64,000 nucleotides of DNA. Origin: an uncultured Bacteroidota bacterium (GTDB lineage Bacteria > Bacteroidota > Ignavibacteria > UBA10030 > UBA6906). Positions 8,190-17,822 of this stretch are shown here, piece after piece. Location of the stretch: positions 1,184,001 to 1,248,000 of the forward strand of contig CAVOYH010000003.1 of NCBI GenBank assembly GCA_963700635.1, written 5' to 3'. Under the pieces are notes generated by a model. The model worked only from the letters and a program-made list of their open reading frames with translations, had not been told where the DNA came from and made no database searches. The translations under genes were made by a program, and so were the position numbers. Position 1 is the first letter of the stretch. Each line of letters begins with the position of its first letter.

Positions 8190-9692
8190 ATGAGTTCTTT
8201 CGATCCCATACTCCATTTCTCCCCAGCGGACGCCGGCGTTCTTGTGATGTATGTACTTGCCGTGATGGGACTCGGCTGGTTTGCGGTGCGAAGGCAGCGG
8301 GGAAAGGGCACCGCGGAATACCTGCTGGCCGGCCGGTCGCTCACAGCCCCCATGTTTGTCATGACGCTCGTTTCCACCTGGTACGGGGGCATCCTGGGTG
8401 TCGGAGAGTTTACCTATTCGTACGGACTGGCCAACTGGGTGATCCAGGGTATCCCCTACTACGTGTTCGCTGTGGTGTTTGCCGTGTTGCTTGCCGGAAA
8501 AATCCGCGCAAGCCGGCTCATCACAATTCCGGACCGTCTCGAACAGATCTACGATCGTCGTACGGCGCTTCTGGGAGCGGGGCTCACGTTCTTTCTCATG
8601 ACACCGGCTCCCTATGTGTTGATGCTCGGCATTTTGATCCACTTGATCACAGGGTGGAGTCTGGTCGTCTGTGTCATTGCAGGTACCGTTGCCACGACAG
8701 CGTATCTGTTTGCAGGCGGCTTTCGAGCCGATGTCTACACCGATGCGCTGGAGTTTGTCCTGATGTTTGCAGGATTTGGTCTGATCATTCCCTTTGCCGT
8801 GAGCAGCTATGGTGGCTGGGATTTCCTTCGGGCCCATGTCCCACCGCTCCACCTGTCGTGGCATGGAGGGAATTCCATCCAGTTTATCGTTGTGTGGTTC
8901 TTTATTGCGCTGTGGACACTTGTTGACCCCGCCTTTTATCAGCGTTGTGCAGCTGCGGTTTCGGGAGAAGTTGCCCGCAGAGGGATCCTCTGGTCGGTGG
9001 TGTTCTGGCTGGCGTTTGATGCGATGACTGTCACCGTGGGACTTTATGCGCGCGCCATTCTGCCGCAGCTGGATCAGCCGGTGATGGCATTTCCCCTGCT
9101 TGCAGAACGTCTCCTCCCTCCTGTGGCGAAGGGCCTCTTTTTTGTCGGTTTGCTTGCCACCATAATGTCTTCGCTGAATACACTTGCGTTTGTATCAGGG
9201 ACGACGCTGGGACGGGATCTGGTCATGCGGATGCGGAAGAGGAAAGCCGGGATGGTGAGCTATGGTGACAGTGTGCCGGCTGGACCCGCGGAGAGGGCGA
9301 ATGACCGACCGGAAGGTCAGGAAGGCGTCGAAGATGAAGAAAGGGAGAGAGTCTGGGTGCAGCGTGGCCTGCTTATCAGCAGTGTTCTGGCTATCGTCCT
9401 GGCGCTGCTGATCCCCTCGGTGATTAAACTGTGGTACACGATCGGGACGGTTATCGTTCCCGGGTTGCTGATCCCTCTCGTCAGTACGTACTTCGAGAGA
9501 CTCCGGGTAAACGCGCGAACGGGATTCTGGGCCATGCTCCTGGGGTGGCTTACTTCAACGGCATGGTTGCTTGCGGGATGGACACAACAACTCGGTATCT
9601 CCGAATTTTATCCGCTCGGGATTGAACCGATGTATCCGGGCTTGGCGGTGAGTCTCGGCGTGTGGGCGTGGGGACGTTTTACTCGAACCTGA
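8190..9692 (+). CDS. Sodium:solute symporter (SSS) family transporter, probable thiamine/precursor uptake
   Basis: EYLLAGRSL, TWYGG, TIPDRLEQIY, GGFRADVYTD, AFYQRC, ATIMSS; many TM segments. 7 nt after the thiN stop. Confidence 0.88.
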   Translation: MSSFDPILHFSPADAGVLVMYVLAVMGLGWFAVRRQRGKGTAEYLLAGRSLTAPMFVMTLVSTWYGGILGVGEFTYSYGLANWVIQGIPYYVFAVVFAVLLAGKIRASRLITIPDRLEQIYDRRTALLGAGLTFFLMTPAPYVLMLGILIHLITGWSLVVCVIAGTVATTAYLFAGGFRADVYTDALEFVLMFAGFGLIIPFAVSSYGGWDFLRAHVPPLHLSWHGGNSIQFIVVWFFIALWTLVDPAFYQRCAAAVSGEVARRGILWSVVFWLAFDAMTVTVGLYARAILPQLDQPVMAFPLLAERLLPPVAKGLFFVGLLATIMSSLNTLAFVSGTTLGRDLVMRMRKRKAGMVSYGDSVPAGPAERANDRPEGQEGVEDEERERVWVQRGLLISSVLAIVLALLIPSVIKLWYTIGTVIVPGLLIPLVSTYFERLRVNARTGFWAMLLGWLTSTAWLLAGWTQQLGISEFYPLGIEPMYPGLAVSLGVWAWGRFTRT

Positions 9693-9726
9693 AGGGGAGG
9701 GGGGACTCTCACTTCACGATCGATCT

Positions 9727-11106
9727 CTATCCAAGTTTGATCTGATACTGCTGGATCTTGGTATAAAGGGTTTTCAGACTTATCCCGAGAATTTTTGCTG
9801 ATTCAGCTTTGTTTCCCCTGAAGCTCCTCAGGACTCCTTCGATATGGAGGTGTTCGATTTCTTTGAGAGCCATTGCCGTGCCCAGTTTCTGGTCCCCGCC
9901 CCCTCCGGCGGACAGTGACAGTGACGCATTCGGCAAAGAAAAATCCTGCGGCTCGATCACTCCGTTCCGGCAGAGAATCGCTGCACGTTCGATTACATTC
10001 TCCAGTTCCCGGATGTTGCCCGGCCAGTCGTATCCCATGAGGACTTCCATTGCCTTCGGGGAGATCGTGGTTTGCACCTTCGTTTTCATCCGATTGGCAA
10101 GAAACGTCGCAACCAGCAAAGGAATGTCCTGTTTGCGCTGGCGCAGGGAAGGAATCTCGATAGTGATCACATTCAGACGGTAGAGCAAGTCTTCACGGAA
10201 GCGTCCCTCCCGGACCTCTTCCTTGAGATTCTTATTTGTGGCGGAGAGGATGCGCACATCCGCATTAAGCGGTGTATTGCCGCCGACCCGCCGGAATTCT
10301 CCGCTCTGGATAAACCGGAGGATTTTTGGCTGCACGACGGGGCTGATATCGCCTATTTCGTCCAGGAAAAGTGTTCCGTTGTTGGCGATTTCGACGATTC
10401 CCGGTTTTGTTGCCCGGGCATCAGTGAAGGCCCCTTTTTCGTGCCCGAACAGCTCACTTTCGATGAGCGTGTCCGGGATGGACGCGCAGTTCAGGGTGAC
10501 AAAGGGTGCATCCGCACGGAGGCTGTTTTTGTAGATAAAGTTGGCGACAAGTTCTTTGCCTGTCCCGCTCGGGCCCTGGACGAGCACCGTTGATTCGGTC
10601 GGAGCCACTTTGGCCGCGATTTCCAGGACTTTCTGGAAGGCTTCGCTCGTTCCGACCATTTGCTGGGTGCCCTGGAGCCGGTCGAGAGCGTCTTTCATCA
10701 GGAAATTGTCGATCATCAGCTGCCGGCGTTCGAGTGCCCGCCCGATGGTCGAAAGCAGCTCGTCTGCCGTTGTCGGCTTGGAAATGTAATCATATGCGCC
10801 AAGACGCATGCATTCGACAGCCGTTTTTACGTCGGATGCCCCGGTTAACATGATCACTTCGATTCCGGGGTAGTTATTCTTGACGAACTTGAGCACCTCG
10901 ATGCCGTCGACCTTCGGCATCTTCACATCGAGCAGGACGACATGGTACAGCTTGGTCTGGACGGCATTAATTGCCGAGACACCATCCATAACGGTGTCGA
11001 CCGAGTACCCTGCCGTGCTTATGAGTGAAGACAGGAGATACCGAAAGGTCTCTTCGTCATCAACAACGAGGATAGAGGAGTCTTTTTTGGTCGTGGTCGT
11101 GGGCAT
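9727..11106 (-). CDS. NtrC-family sigma54-dependent response regulator
   Basis: Receiver (VVDDE, LLDVKMP), AAA+ (GPSGTGKE, ESELFGHEKGAFTDA, LFLDEIG, WPGNIRELEN) and Fis-type HTH. Confidence 0.93.
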   Translation of the reverse strand: MPTTTTKKDSSILVVDDEETFRYLLSSLISTAGYSVDTVMDGVSAINAVQTKLYHVVLLDVKMPKVDGIEVLKFVKNNYPGIEVIMLTGASDVKTAVECMRLGAYDYISKPTTADELLSTIGRALERRQLMIDNFLMKDALDRLQGTQQMVGTSEAFQKVLEIAAKVAPTESTVLVQGPSGTGKELVANFIYKNSLRADAPFVTLNCASIPDTLIESELFGHEKGAFTDARATKPGIVEIANNGTLFLDEIGDISPVVQPKILRFIQSGEFRRVGGNTPLNADVRILSATNKNLKEEVREGRFREDLLYRLNVITIEIPSLRQRKQDIPLLVATFLANRMKTKVQTTISPKAMEVLMGYDWPGNIRELENVIERAAILCRNGVIEPQDFSLPNASLSLSAGGGGDQKLGTAMALKEIEHLHIEGVLRSFRGNKAESAKILGISLKTLYTKIQQYQIKLG

Positions 11107-11213
11107 TTTGTCTCAGCCCTATATAGAGAAAAGCTCAGTCAAAATCAACCTTTGATTGATTTTAACTCCGCCAGTTTGTATTTTTTCTAATGTCAAACCT
11201 CACTCGCTCCCCT

Positions 11214-12308
11214 ATGCACATCACAGAACGGTTCATCCGCACACTCCCCAAGGTTCTTCTCCACGATCATCTGGACGGCGGGCTGCGTCCGATGACGATT
11301 ATCGAGCTGGCGAGGGACCAGGGATACGGGGGACTTCCGACAAACAATCCCGAAAAATTGGCTGAATGGTTTCACCGCGGGGCCCGGCGGGGGAGTCTTC
11401 CGTTGTATCTTGAAGGATTTGCCCACACCACGGCGGTCATGCAGACCGAAGAGGCGCTCGAACGGGTTGCCTACGAGATGATGGAGGACATGAAGGAGGA
11501 CGGCGTGGTATACGTTGAAACCCGCTTCGCTCCGGTCTTCCACACCGAAAAGGGACTTCACTGGGACGAGGTTGTGAGCGCAGTTCTTCGAGGGCTCGAG
11601 AGGGGAAAAAAGGACTTCGGCGTTGAATACGGGGTCATTCTCTGTGCCATGCGCAACATGAAAAATTCACTGGAAACCGCAGAACTTGCCGTGGATTTCC
11701 GGCAGCGCGGTGTCGTGGGTTTTGACCTTGCCGGCGAAGAGGGGGGATACCCTCCCAAGAAACATGTGGATGCGTTTCATTACATCCAGCGGGAAAACTT
11801 CAACATTACCGTTCATGCCGGTGAAGCCTTTGGGAAAGAAAGCATCTGGCAGGCATTACAGTGGTGTGGCGCACACCGCGTCGGTCATGCAACCCGTCTG
11901 GTGGAAGATATCGGTCTGGACGTGCACAACCGCAAAAAAATCATCCGCATGGGATACCTCGCCCAGTATGTTCTGGACAAACGCCTTCCGCTGGAAATAT
12001 GTCTGACAAGCAATGTGGATACGGGCGCGGTGAAAAATCTCGAAGAGCACCCGTTCGGTCTGTACTACAAGTACAAGTTCCGGGTTACCTTGAATACCGA
12101 CGATCGGCTGATGAGTGACACCACGATGACAAAAGAATACCGGATCGCGCATCAGGTGTTTAAGCTCTCGCTGGAGGATCTTGAGAAACTGACTATCAAT
12201 GCAATGAAGAGCGCGTTTCTGCCCTACAACCGCAGAATCCAGATCATTTACGATGTCATCAAGCCCGGATTTGCGATTGCACACCGGCGTCTGTCAAGAA
12301 AGAAATAA
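11214..12308 (+). CDS. add: Adenosine deaminase
   Basis: LPKVLLHDHLDG, FDLAGEE, TVHAGE, RVGHA, NTDDRLMS motifs. Start 11214 or 11190; candidate promoter TTGATT-N17-TATTTT at 11156-11184. Confidence 0.93.
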   Translation: MHITERFIRTLPKVLLHDHLDGGLRPMTIIELARDQGYGGLPTNNPEKLAEWFHRGARRGSLPLYLEGFAHTTAVMQTEEALERVAYEMMEDMKEDGVVYVETRFAPVFHTEKGLHWDEVVSAVLRGLERGKKDFGVEYGVILCAMRNMKNSLETAELAVDFRQRGVVGFDLAGEEGGYPPKKHVDAFHYIQRENFNITVHAGEAFGKESIWQALQWCGAHRVGHATRLVEDIGLDVHNRKKIIRMGYLAQYVLDKRLPLEICLTSNVDTGAVKNLEEHPFGLYYKYKFRVTLNTDDRLMSDTTMTKEYRIAHQVFKLSLEDLEKLTINAMKSAFLPYNRRIQIIYDVIKPGFAIAHRRLSRKK

Positions 12309-12808
12309 TGAAACTCTATCTTGTTCGCCACGCCGAGGCGAAACCTGTCGGCGGAGCAATCACCACGGATGCCGCCCGGCCACTCACCGACGAGGGGGAA
12401 CGGGATGCGCTTCTGATGGGACGCGCACTGGCGCGCATCGAATCACGCCCGATGGAGCTGGTGTGCAGTCCGCTCCTCCGTGCTACACAGACCGCAGCAC
12501 TCATGAGCGAGGGGCTTCCGGGACATCCGGCATCACAAATCTGGGAAGATCTTGCACCCGGCGCGCGTCATAAGGCCATTGTGGCGCGGTTGACCACCAC
12601 GTCGGCGAAAGCGCTGGTGCTGGTCGGGCATCAACCCGACATCACCATTCTGGTTGCCTACCTCGTGGCTGACGCCGCTGTGGAAATTGCGATGAAGACC
12701 GGTTCAATGGCGTGTGTCAGCCTCGTACCGGCCAACGCACTAAACAGCGCTCGTCTGCGCTGGCTGTTGACCCCGGACCTTGTCCGAGCACTCTCCCCGG
12801 AACTCTGA
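12308..12808 (+). CDS. sixA: SixA-family phosphohistidine phosphatase
   Basis: LYLVRHAEA, RPLTDEG, SPLLRATQTA, LVGHQP. TAATG overlap with the add stop. Confidence 0.88.
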   Translation: MKLYLVRHAEAKPVGGAITTDAARPLTDEGERDALLMGRALARIESRPMELVCSPLLRATQTAALMSEGLPGHPASQIWEDLAPGARHKAIVARLTTTSAKALVLVGHQPDITILVAYLVADAAVEIAMKTGSMACVSLVPANALNSARLRWLLTPDLVRALSPEL

Positions 12809-12819
12809 CGGAGGCCTAA

Positions 12820-13302
12820 ATGCAGCTTTCGGTCGTGCGCATTGAAAAACCGGCTGACATGAATTTCCTCCTCGGCCATGCACACTTCATCAAGACTGTT
12901 GAGGATCTGTACGAGACGATCGTGCAAACAAATCCGGCGATGAAGTTCGGTCTTGCCTTCTGTGAGGCTTCAGGTCCCCGCCTTGTCCGCGCCGCGGGCA
13001 ATGAGGAACGCCTGATCGAACTCGCAAAGAAGAACGCGGTGTCGATTGCTGCCGGACATACATTCATCGTGTTCATGGAGCAGGGATATCCGATCAACAT
13101 TCTGAATGCGGTGAAAAATGTTTCGGAAGTGTGCCGGGTATTCTGCGCTACAGCCAACCCCACGGAGGTGCTGGTCGCGGAAACAGACCAGGGGCGTGGT
13201 ATTCTCGGTGTCATCGACGGAGAAAAGCCCATCGGTGTGGAAACACCCGATGACGTTGTAAAGAGGAAAGAATTCCTCCGTACCATCGGCTATAAAATGT
13301 AA
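12820..13302 (+). CDS. DUF355 / 'adenosine-specific kinase' family protein
   Basis: GHAHFIKTVEDLYE, AFCEASGPRL, AGHTF, CATANP, GRGILGVIDG, FLRTIGYK. SD GGAGG. Confidence 0.88.
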   Translation: MQLSVVRIEKPADMNFLLGHAHFIKTVEDLYETIVQTNPAMKFGLAFCEASGPRLVRAAGNEERLIELAKKNAVSIAAGHTFIVFMEQGYPINILNAVKNVSEVCRVFCATANPTEVLVAETDQGRGILGVIDGEKPIGVETPDDVVKRKEFLRTIGYKM

Positions 13303-13376
13303 ACCCACTCTCCCTGCGTTCCGGGAGAAGCGGGCACAGTTCATTCACGGTGTAACGATTAACGAGGAGAAGCCCC

Positions 13377-13757
13377 ATGAAACATTCTCGATTTGCCGTC
13401 GCGATGTTTGCCACCCTTGCAGTGCTCCTCCTGATGGGCACTGGCGAAACCCTCGCGCAAAAGAAAAAGACTCCCGCCAAACCAACGGAACAAACGGCTG
13501 CGCCCGCCGCCCAACCAGCTCCTTCCCCCTCGGCGGTCAGATTGGGAGGCACCATAAAAGACCTGCTCGTGAAGTATAAAGGCGAACTGACGTCGCTCGG
13601 AGTCCTTACACAGGTAGAGTCGGACTATTTTATCGCCGAAGAGGATGGCAAGCCCGTCGTGCATCCTATCAGCACGATCAGGTGGATCAAAATTCTCAAG
13701 GTGGAGGAAGATGCCGATGAGGAGGATTCTCCCAAACTTGATATCCGTTTGCAATAG
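13377..13757 (+). CDS. Hypothetical exported protein with Pro/Ala linker
   Basis: Signal peptide ending TLAQ, PAAQPAPSPS linker, small beta-rich C-domain. SD GAGGAG. Confidence 0.7.
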   Translation: MKHSRFAVAMFATLAVLLLMGTGETLAQKKKTPAKPTEQTAAPAAQPAPSPSAVRLGGTIKDLLVKYKGELTSLGVLTQVESDYFIAEEDGKPVVHPISTIRWIKILKVEEDADEEDSPKLDIRLQ

Positions 13758-13767
13758 AGAGGTCACG

Positions 13768-14247
13768 ATGAAAGTACTGGGAGTTTTTGTCTGTACGCTG
13801 CTTCTGGTGGGATGTACACCGCGCGATGAGGATGTGCGTCGTCTGGTCCGCGACGAGATGCTCGCGCGGTCCGCCAGAACATATTACTCACCCACCGCGG
13901 TGATCGGTCCGTATACCCCGGCGGTGCAGATCGGATCGCTTGTGTTTGTCTCAGGGCAGATTGCCCTCCATCCGGAAACGGGCCAGATGATCCAGTCCGA
14001 TATCGAATCGGAAACCCGGCAGGTGCTCAATAACCTCCGGACCGTCCTTGCTGCGGCGGGATGCGATTCGTCGGATGTGGTCAGCGCAACGGTCTATCTC
14101 AAGAATATGAACGACTACCAGCGCATGAACGCCGTCTACGGCACCTTTTTTCCGGAAGGCAAGTATCCCGCGCGCGCGGCCGTGGAGGTCAGCAATCTGC
14201 CAAAGTCAGCAAACGTAGAGATTGCGGTTATAGCAGTGAAGGAGTGA
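13768..14247 (+). CDS. RidA/YjgF-family imine deaminase with N-terminal lipoprotein signal
   Basis: [16 protein letters not shown] lipobox, then [24 protein letters not shown] (catalytic Arg), LPK and VEI. Confidence 0.85.
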   Translation: MKVLGVFVCTLLLVGCTPRDEDVRRLVRDEMLARSARTYYSPTAVIGPYTPAVQIGSLVFVSGQIALHPETGQMIQSDIESETRQVLNNLRTVLAAAGCDSSDVVSATVYLKNMNDYQRMNAVYGTFFPEGKYPARAAVEVSNLPKSANVEIAVIAVKE

Positions 14248-14249
14248 GT

Positions 14250-15917
14250 GTGAACCCTGCTGAGGGCTTTGATCCTCGGTCCATACGCGCTCCCCGCGGG
14301 ACGGAGTTGAGCTGCAAAGGGTGGGTGCAGGAGGCGGCGCTGCGCATGCTGATGAATAACCTCGATGCCGAGGTCGCAGAGAAGCCGGAAGACCTGATCG
14401 TGTATGGTGGGGTAGGAAAAGCGGCCCGCAACTGGGAGTGTTATCACACGATTGTCAGGACATTACGTGCGCTCGAAGACGATGAAACCCTGCTGATTCA
14501 ATCGGGCAAACCTGTGGCCGTGTTCAAAACCCACCCCCATGCGCCACGGGTGCTCATTGCCAATGCACTGCTCGTCCCACACTGGGCGACATGGGATGAA
14601 TTCCGCCGGCTGGATGCACTTGGCCTGACGATGTACGGCCAGATGACGGCAGGCAGCTGGATCTATATTGGCACGCAGGGAATCCTCCAGGGAACGTATG
14701 AAACCTTTGCGGCTGTTGCCGGCCGATCATTCAACGGATCGCTGGCAGGCAAGCTGCTCGTGACCGCCGGACTTGGCGGTATGGGAGGGGCGCAACCCCT
14801 TGCCGCAACCATGAATGGGGCAGCGTGCCTTGCCGTCGAAGTGGACCGCTCCCGGATCGAACGACGCCTCAAGACCGGTTATGTCGACGCGATGACCGAG
14901 TCCCTTGACGAAGCGTTACTCATTCTACAGACTGCAAAGGAACTGAAGGAAGCGCGCTCCGTTGCCCTGCTCGGTAATGCCGCAGAAGTTTTGCCCGAAC
15001 TGCTTGCCCGGCGTATCATTGTGGATGTGTTGACCGATCAGACCTCCGCGCACGACATGCTCAACGGATATGTGCCTGCGCACATGCCCTATGAAGAAGC
15101 TCTCGGACTGCGCGCATCCAATCCCACACGGTATACCCAACTCGCGCGGGCGTCCGTTGTGGAACATGTGGAGGCAATGCTCGGCCTTATGGAGCGCGGT
15201 GCCGTGACCTTCGACTATGGCAATAACATCCGCGGTGAAGCCCTTGCCGGGGGGCTCGATAGGGCTTTTACGATTCCCGGGTTTGTTCCCGAATACATCC
15301 GTCCGCTCTTCTGTGACGGGAAGGGTCCCTTCCGCTGGGCTGCGCTGTCCGGCGATCCCGAAGATATCTACCGTACTGACCGTGCCCTGCTGGAGGCGTT
15401 TCCCGAGAATGCCGGCCTACGTCGCTGGATCGAAAAGGCCCGGCAGCACGTACACTTCCAGGGTCTTCCTGCAAGAATCTGCTGGCTCGGTTATGGTGAG
15501 CGGGCGATTATGGGCAGCATCTTCAATGATCTGGTAGCGCGCGGGGAAGTTCGGGCGCCGATCGTCATCGGAAGAGACCATCTGGATTGCGGATCGGTAG
15601 CTTCTCCGAACCGGGAGACCGAAAAAATGCTGGATGGCAGTGATGCCATTGCCGATTGGCCGATCCTCAACGCACTCCTGAATGTCGCCGGTGGAGCCAG
15701 CTGGGTGAGTGTTCACCACGGCGGAGGTGTCGGGATGGGACTGTCGTTGCATGCCGGAATGGTTGTCGTGGCCGATGGTACCCCCGAAGCAGCAAAACGG
15801 CTGGAGCGCGTGCTGACCTACGATCCCGGGATGGGGATCGTACGCCATGCCGATGCCGGATATGAACGGGCAAGAATAAATGCGCGCGAGCACGGCCTGA
15901 ATATGCCCATGCTCTGA
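14250..15917 (+). CDS. hutU: Urocanate hydratase
   Basis: [77 protein letters not shown] start at 14250 or 14244. Confidence 0.97.
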   Translation: MNPAEGFDPRSIRAPRGTELSCKGWVQEAALRMLMNNLDAEVAEKPEDLIVYGGVGKAARNWECYHTIVRTLRALEDDETLLIQSGKPVAVFKTHPHAPRVLIANALLVPHWATWDEFRRLDALGLTMYGQMTAGSWIYIGTQGILQGTYETFAAVAGRSFNGSLAGKLLVTAGLGGMGGAQPLAATMNGAACLAVEVDRSRIERRLKTGYVDAMTESLDEALLILQTAKELKEARSVALLGNAAEVLPELLARRIIVDVLTDQTSAHDMLNGYVPAHMPYEEALGLRASNPTRYTQLARASVVEHVEAMLGLMERGAVTFDYGNNIRGEALAGGLDRAFTIPGFVPEYIRPLFCDGKGPFRWAALSGDPEDIYRTDRALLEAFPENAGLRRWIEKARQHVHFQGLPARICWLGYGERAIMGSIFNDLVARGEVRAPIVIGRDHLDCGSVASPNRETEKMLDGSDAIADWPILNALLNVAGGASWVSVHHGGGVGMGLSLHAGMVVVADGTPEAAKRLERVLTYDPGMGIVRHADAGYERARINAREHGLNMPML

Positions 15918-15972
15918 GATGCGGCCCTGTACTCCACCCCCACAGTGTACTCACATTATCACGGAGGTCCGT

Positions 15973-16359
15973 ATGCACGGTTTTGGTCATGTTGATATCC
16001 CCTCGACAAATCTGAAGAAGACAAAGAAGTTCTTCGGTGCGGTGTTCGGTTGGACATTCGAGGATATTCCTGAAATGGACTATGTGCTTTTCCGTGCAGG
16101 AACACAACCGAACGGGGGTTTTTTTATGGTGAAGAAGATGCCCAAGAAGGGGCAGGTGAATGTCTACATCGAAGTGGAGGATATTGTTTCCAAGTTGAAG
16201 GAGATCAAAAAGGCCCGGGGCAAAGTGCTGGTGAAGAAAACGGAAATAGGCGGGATGGGGTGGTTTGCCCAGTTTGCAACTCCCGATGGTTGCTTTCTCT
16301 CCCTCTGGCAGGCGGGTCCCGCACAATCGCTTGAAAGCGGTTCCCCGACGGTCGGATAA
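15973..16359 (+). CDS. VOC/glyoxalase-like protein
   Basis: HVDIP, FFGAVFGWTF, VYIEVEDI, GMGWFAQFATPDG. SD GGAGG. Confidence 0.85.
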   Translation: MHGFGHVDIPSTNLKKTKKFFGAVFGWTFEDIPEMDYVLFRAGTQPNGGFFMVKKMPKKGQVNVYIEVEDIVSKLKEIKKARGKVLVKKTEIGGMGWFAQFATPDGCFLSLWQAGPAQSLESGSPTVG

Positions 16360-16365
16360 CACGTT

Positions 16366-16581
16366 TTGAACGAAACACTGACCCGGCGACCGGTACCGGA
16401 ATTTTCAGGATTGTGCGCCTCCTGTGTTTATGCGCAGATGCATGCCTCCGGTCGGGGGTCAGTGTTCGTGCTGTGTGCCCTCTCCCGGACACGCCCATCA
16501 TACCCCAGATACCCCCGCATTCCGGTCCAGAGCTGCAGCGGGTTCTCGCGTGAATCCGGGGCCGGTGAGGAACATTGTTGA
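16366..16581 (+). CDS. Small four-cysteine protein (putative metal-binding)
   Basis: GLCASC...RGSVFVLC...YPRYPRIPVQSCSGF. Fills the gap between two co-oriented genes; TTG start. Confidence 0.6.
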   Translation: MNETLTRRPVPEFSGLCASCVYAQMHASGRGSVFVLCALSRTRPSYPRYPRIPVQSCSGFSRESGAGEEHC

Positions 16582-16608
16582 CAATCAACCGTATACATCT
16601 GCAACACC

Positions 16609-17821
16609 ATGCTCGATCCGGTTCGCTTTAAACGTATTCTGATCAAGATCCTGAAACTCCTGATCATCATCGAATTGATCAGCGCGTTTCTGGAAGGGCT
16701 GACTCTGGATATGTGGGGTCGCTTCGGCACAGACCTCATCATCGCCGGTATCCTGTATGTCACCTGGGAACGTATCACCATGGTGCTCCGCGGGCGTAAG
16801 GAGCATGCACGGCGAAGGGTTGAGACAGCAGGACAGAATCTTAAGATCCAGGACGCCTTCATCTTTTCGCTTCTATGGAGCGATGAGATCATTCAGGAAA
16901 TTCCGCAGGACCGGCGCCGGCTTGTGATCACTGCCATCACCATCATTGCCGCAGGCCTTGTCCTGGCATTTGTCAAGATCGGAACCGGCCTTATGCCGCT
17001 GGTCATCTCGGGTGTTGTTGTGCTGGGAGGGGTGAATCTCCTGACATGGCTCGTCTCACTCGAACGTGTTGGCAGGGAGACACTGCAGACGGAGCTCCGC
17101 CTCGCGCACAGTGTGCAAGTGTCCCTGATGCCGAAAGAACAACCGGTTGTGAAGGGGTATGACATTGCGGGAATGTCACTGCCCGCGCAGGAGGTTGGTG
17201 GAGACCTGTATGATTTCTCCTGCCACAACAACAGTCAAAGCGAACTCTGTATTTCTGTGGTGGATGTTTCCGGGAAAGGTATGCAGGCGGCCATGGCGGC
17301 GGTTTTTACCAGTGGCGCGCTGGCGAGTGAAATCCGGCAATCCGACTCGCCTGCCCGTATTCTCACGCACCTGAACCGCGCAGTCTTCGAACATTCGCGT
17401 CGTGGACAGTTTGTGGCTTTTCTTCTCGGCAGGATCACGGCACGGAAAAAACGTTTCATTTTTTCCAATGCCGGTCAGACGAAACCGCTTCTGCGCCGCG
17501 GAAAGACGCTCCGCTGGCTGGATGGCAAAGGAGTACATTTCCCTCTGGGGATACGCGCCGACACCGAATACGAAGAATATGCGATAGATCTCCGCAAGGG
17601 CGACATTGTGTTTCTGTCTGACCGATGGATTTACCGAAGCGATGAACATCACCCGGGAGCCGTACGGATACGATCGTCTGGAGCGTCTTGTTGGCGCGGC
17701 GGATCTTAATACCCTCTCGGCGCCGGATATCATTGCCCGTCTCACTGACGACGTCAGACAGCATACAGGCGAAGCACCGCAGCATGATGATATGACACTT
17801 GTTGTCCTGAAGGTACACTGA
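16609..17821 (+). pseudogene. Membrane-anchored PP2C/SpoIIE (RsbU-like) phosphatase, split by a +1 frameshift near 17617
   Basis: The first frame has TM helices, VGGDLYD, DVSGKG and NAG. The TDGFTEA and DDMTLVV motifs lie in another frame (ORF 17606-17821). GTG TTT CTG T CTG ACC GAT GGA has one extra base. May be a sequencing error. Confidence 0.8.
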
Positions 17822-17822
17822 C

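Noticed and set aside
14061-14249. N-terminal extension of hutU in the ORF track
   Set aside because: It overlaps the RidA gene; hutU similarity begins at the GTG near 14244-14250, which has an SD.
17611-17620. Programmed frameshift or phase variation in the PP2C gene
   Set aside because: No slippery heptamer or long simple repeat, only TCTG x2.
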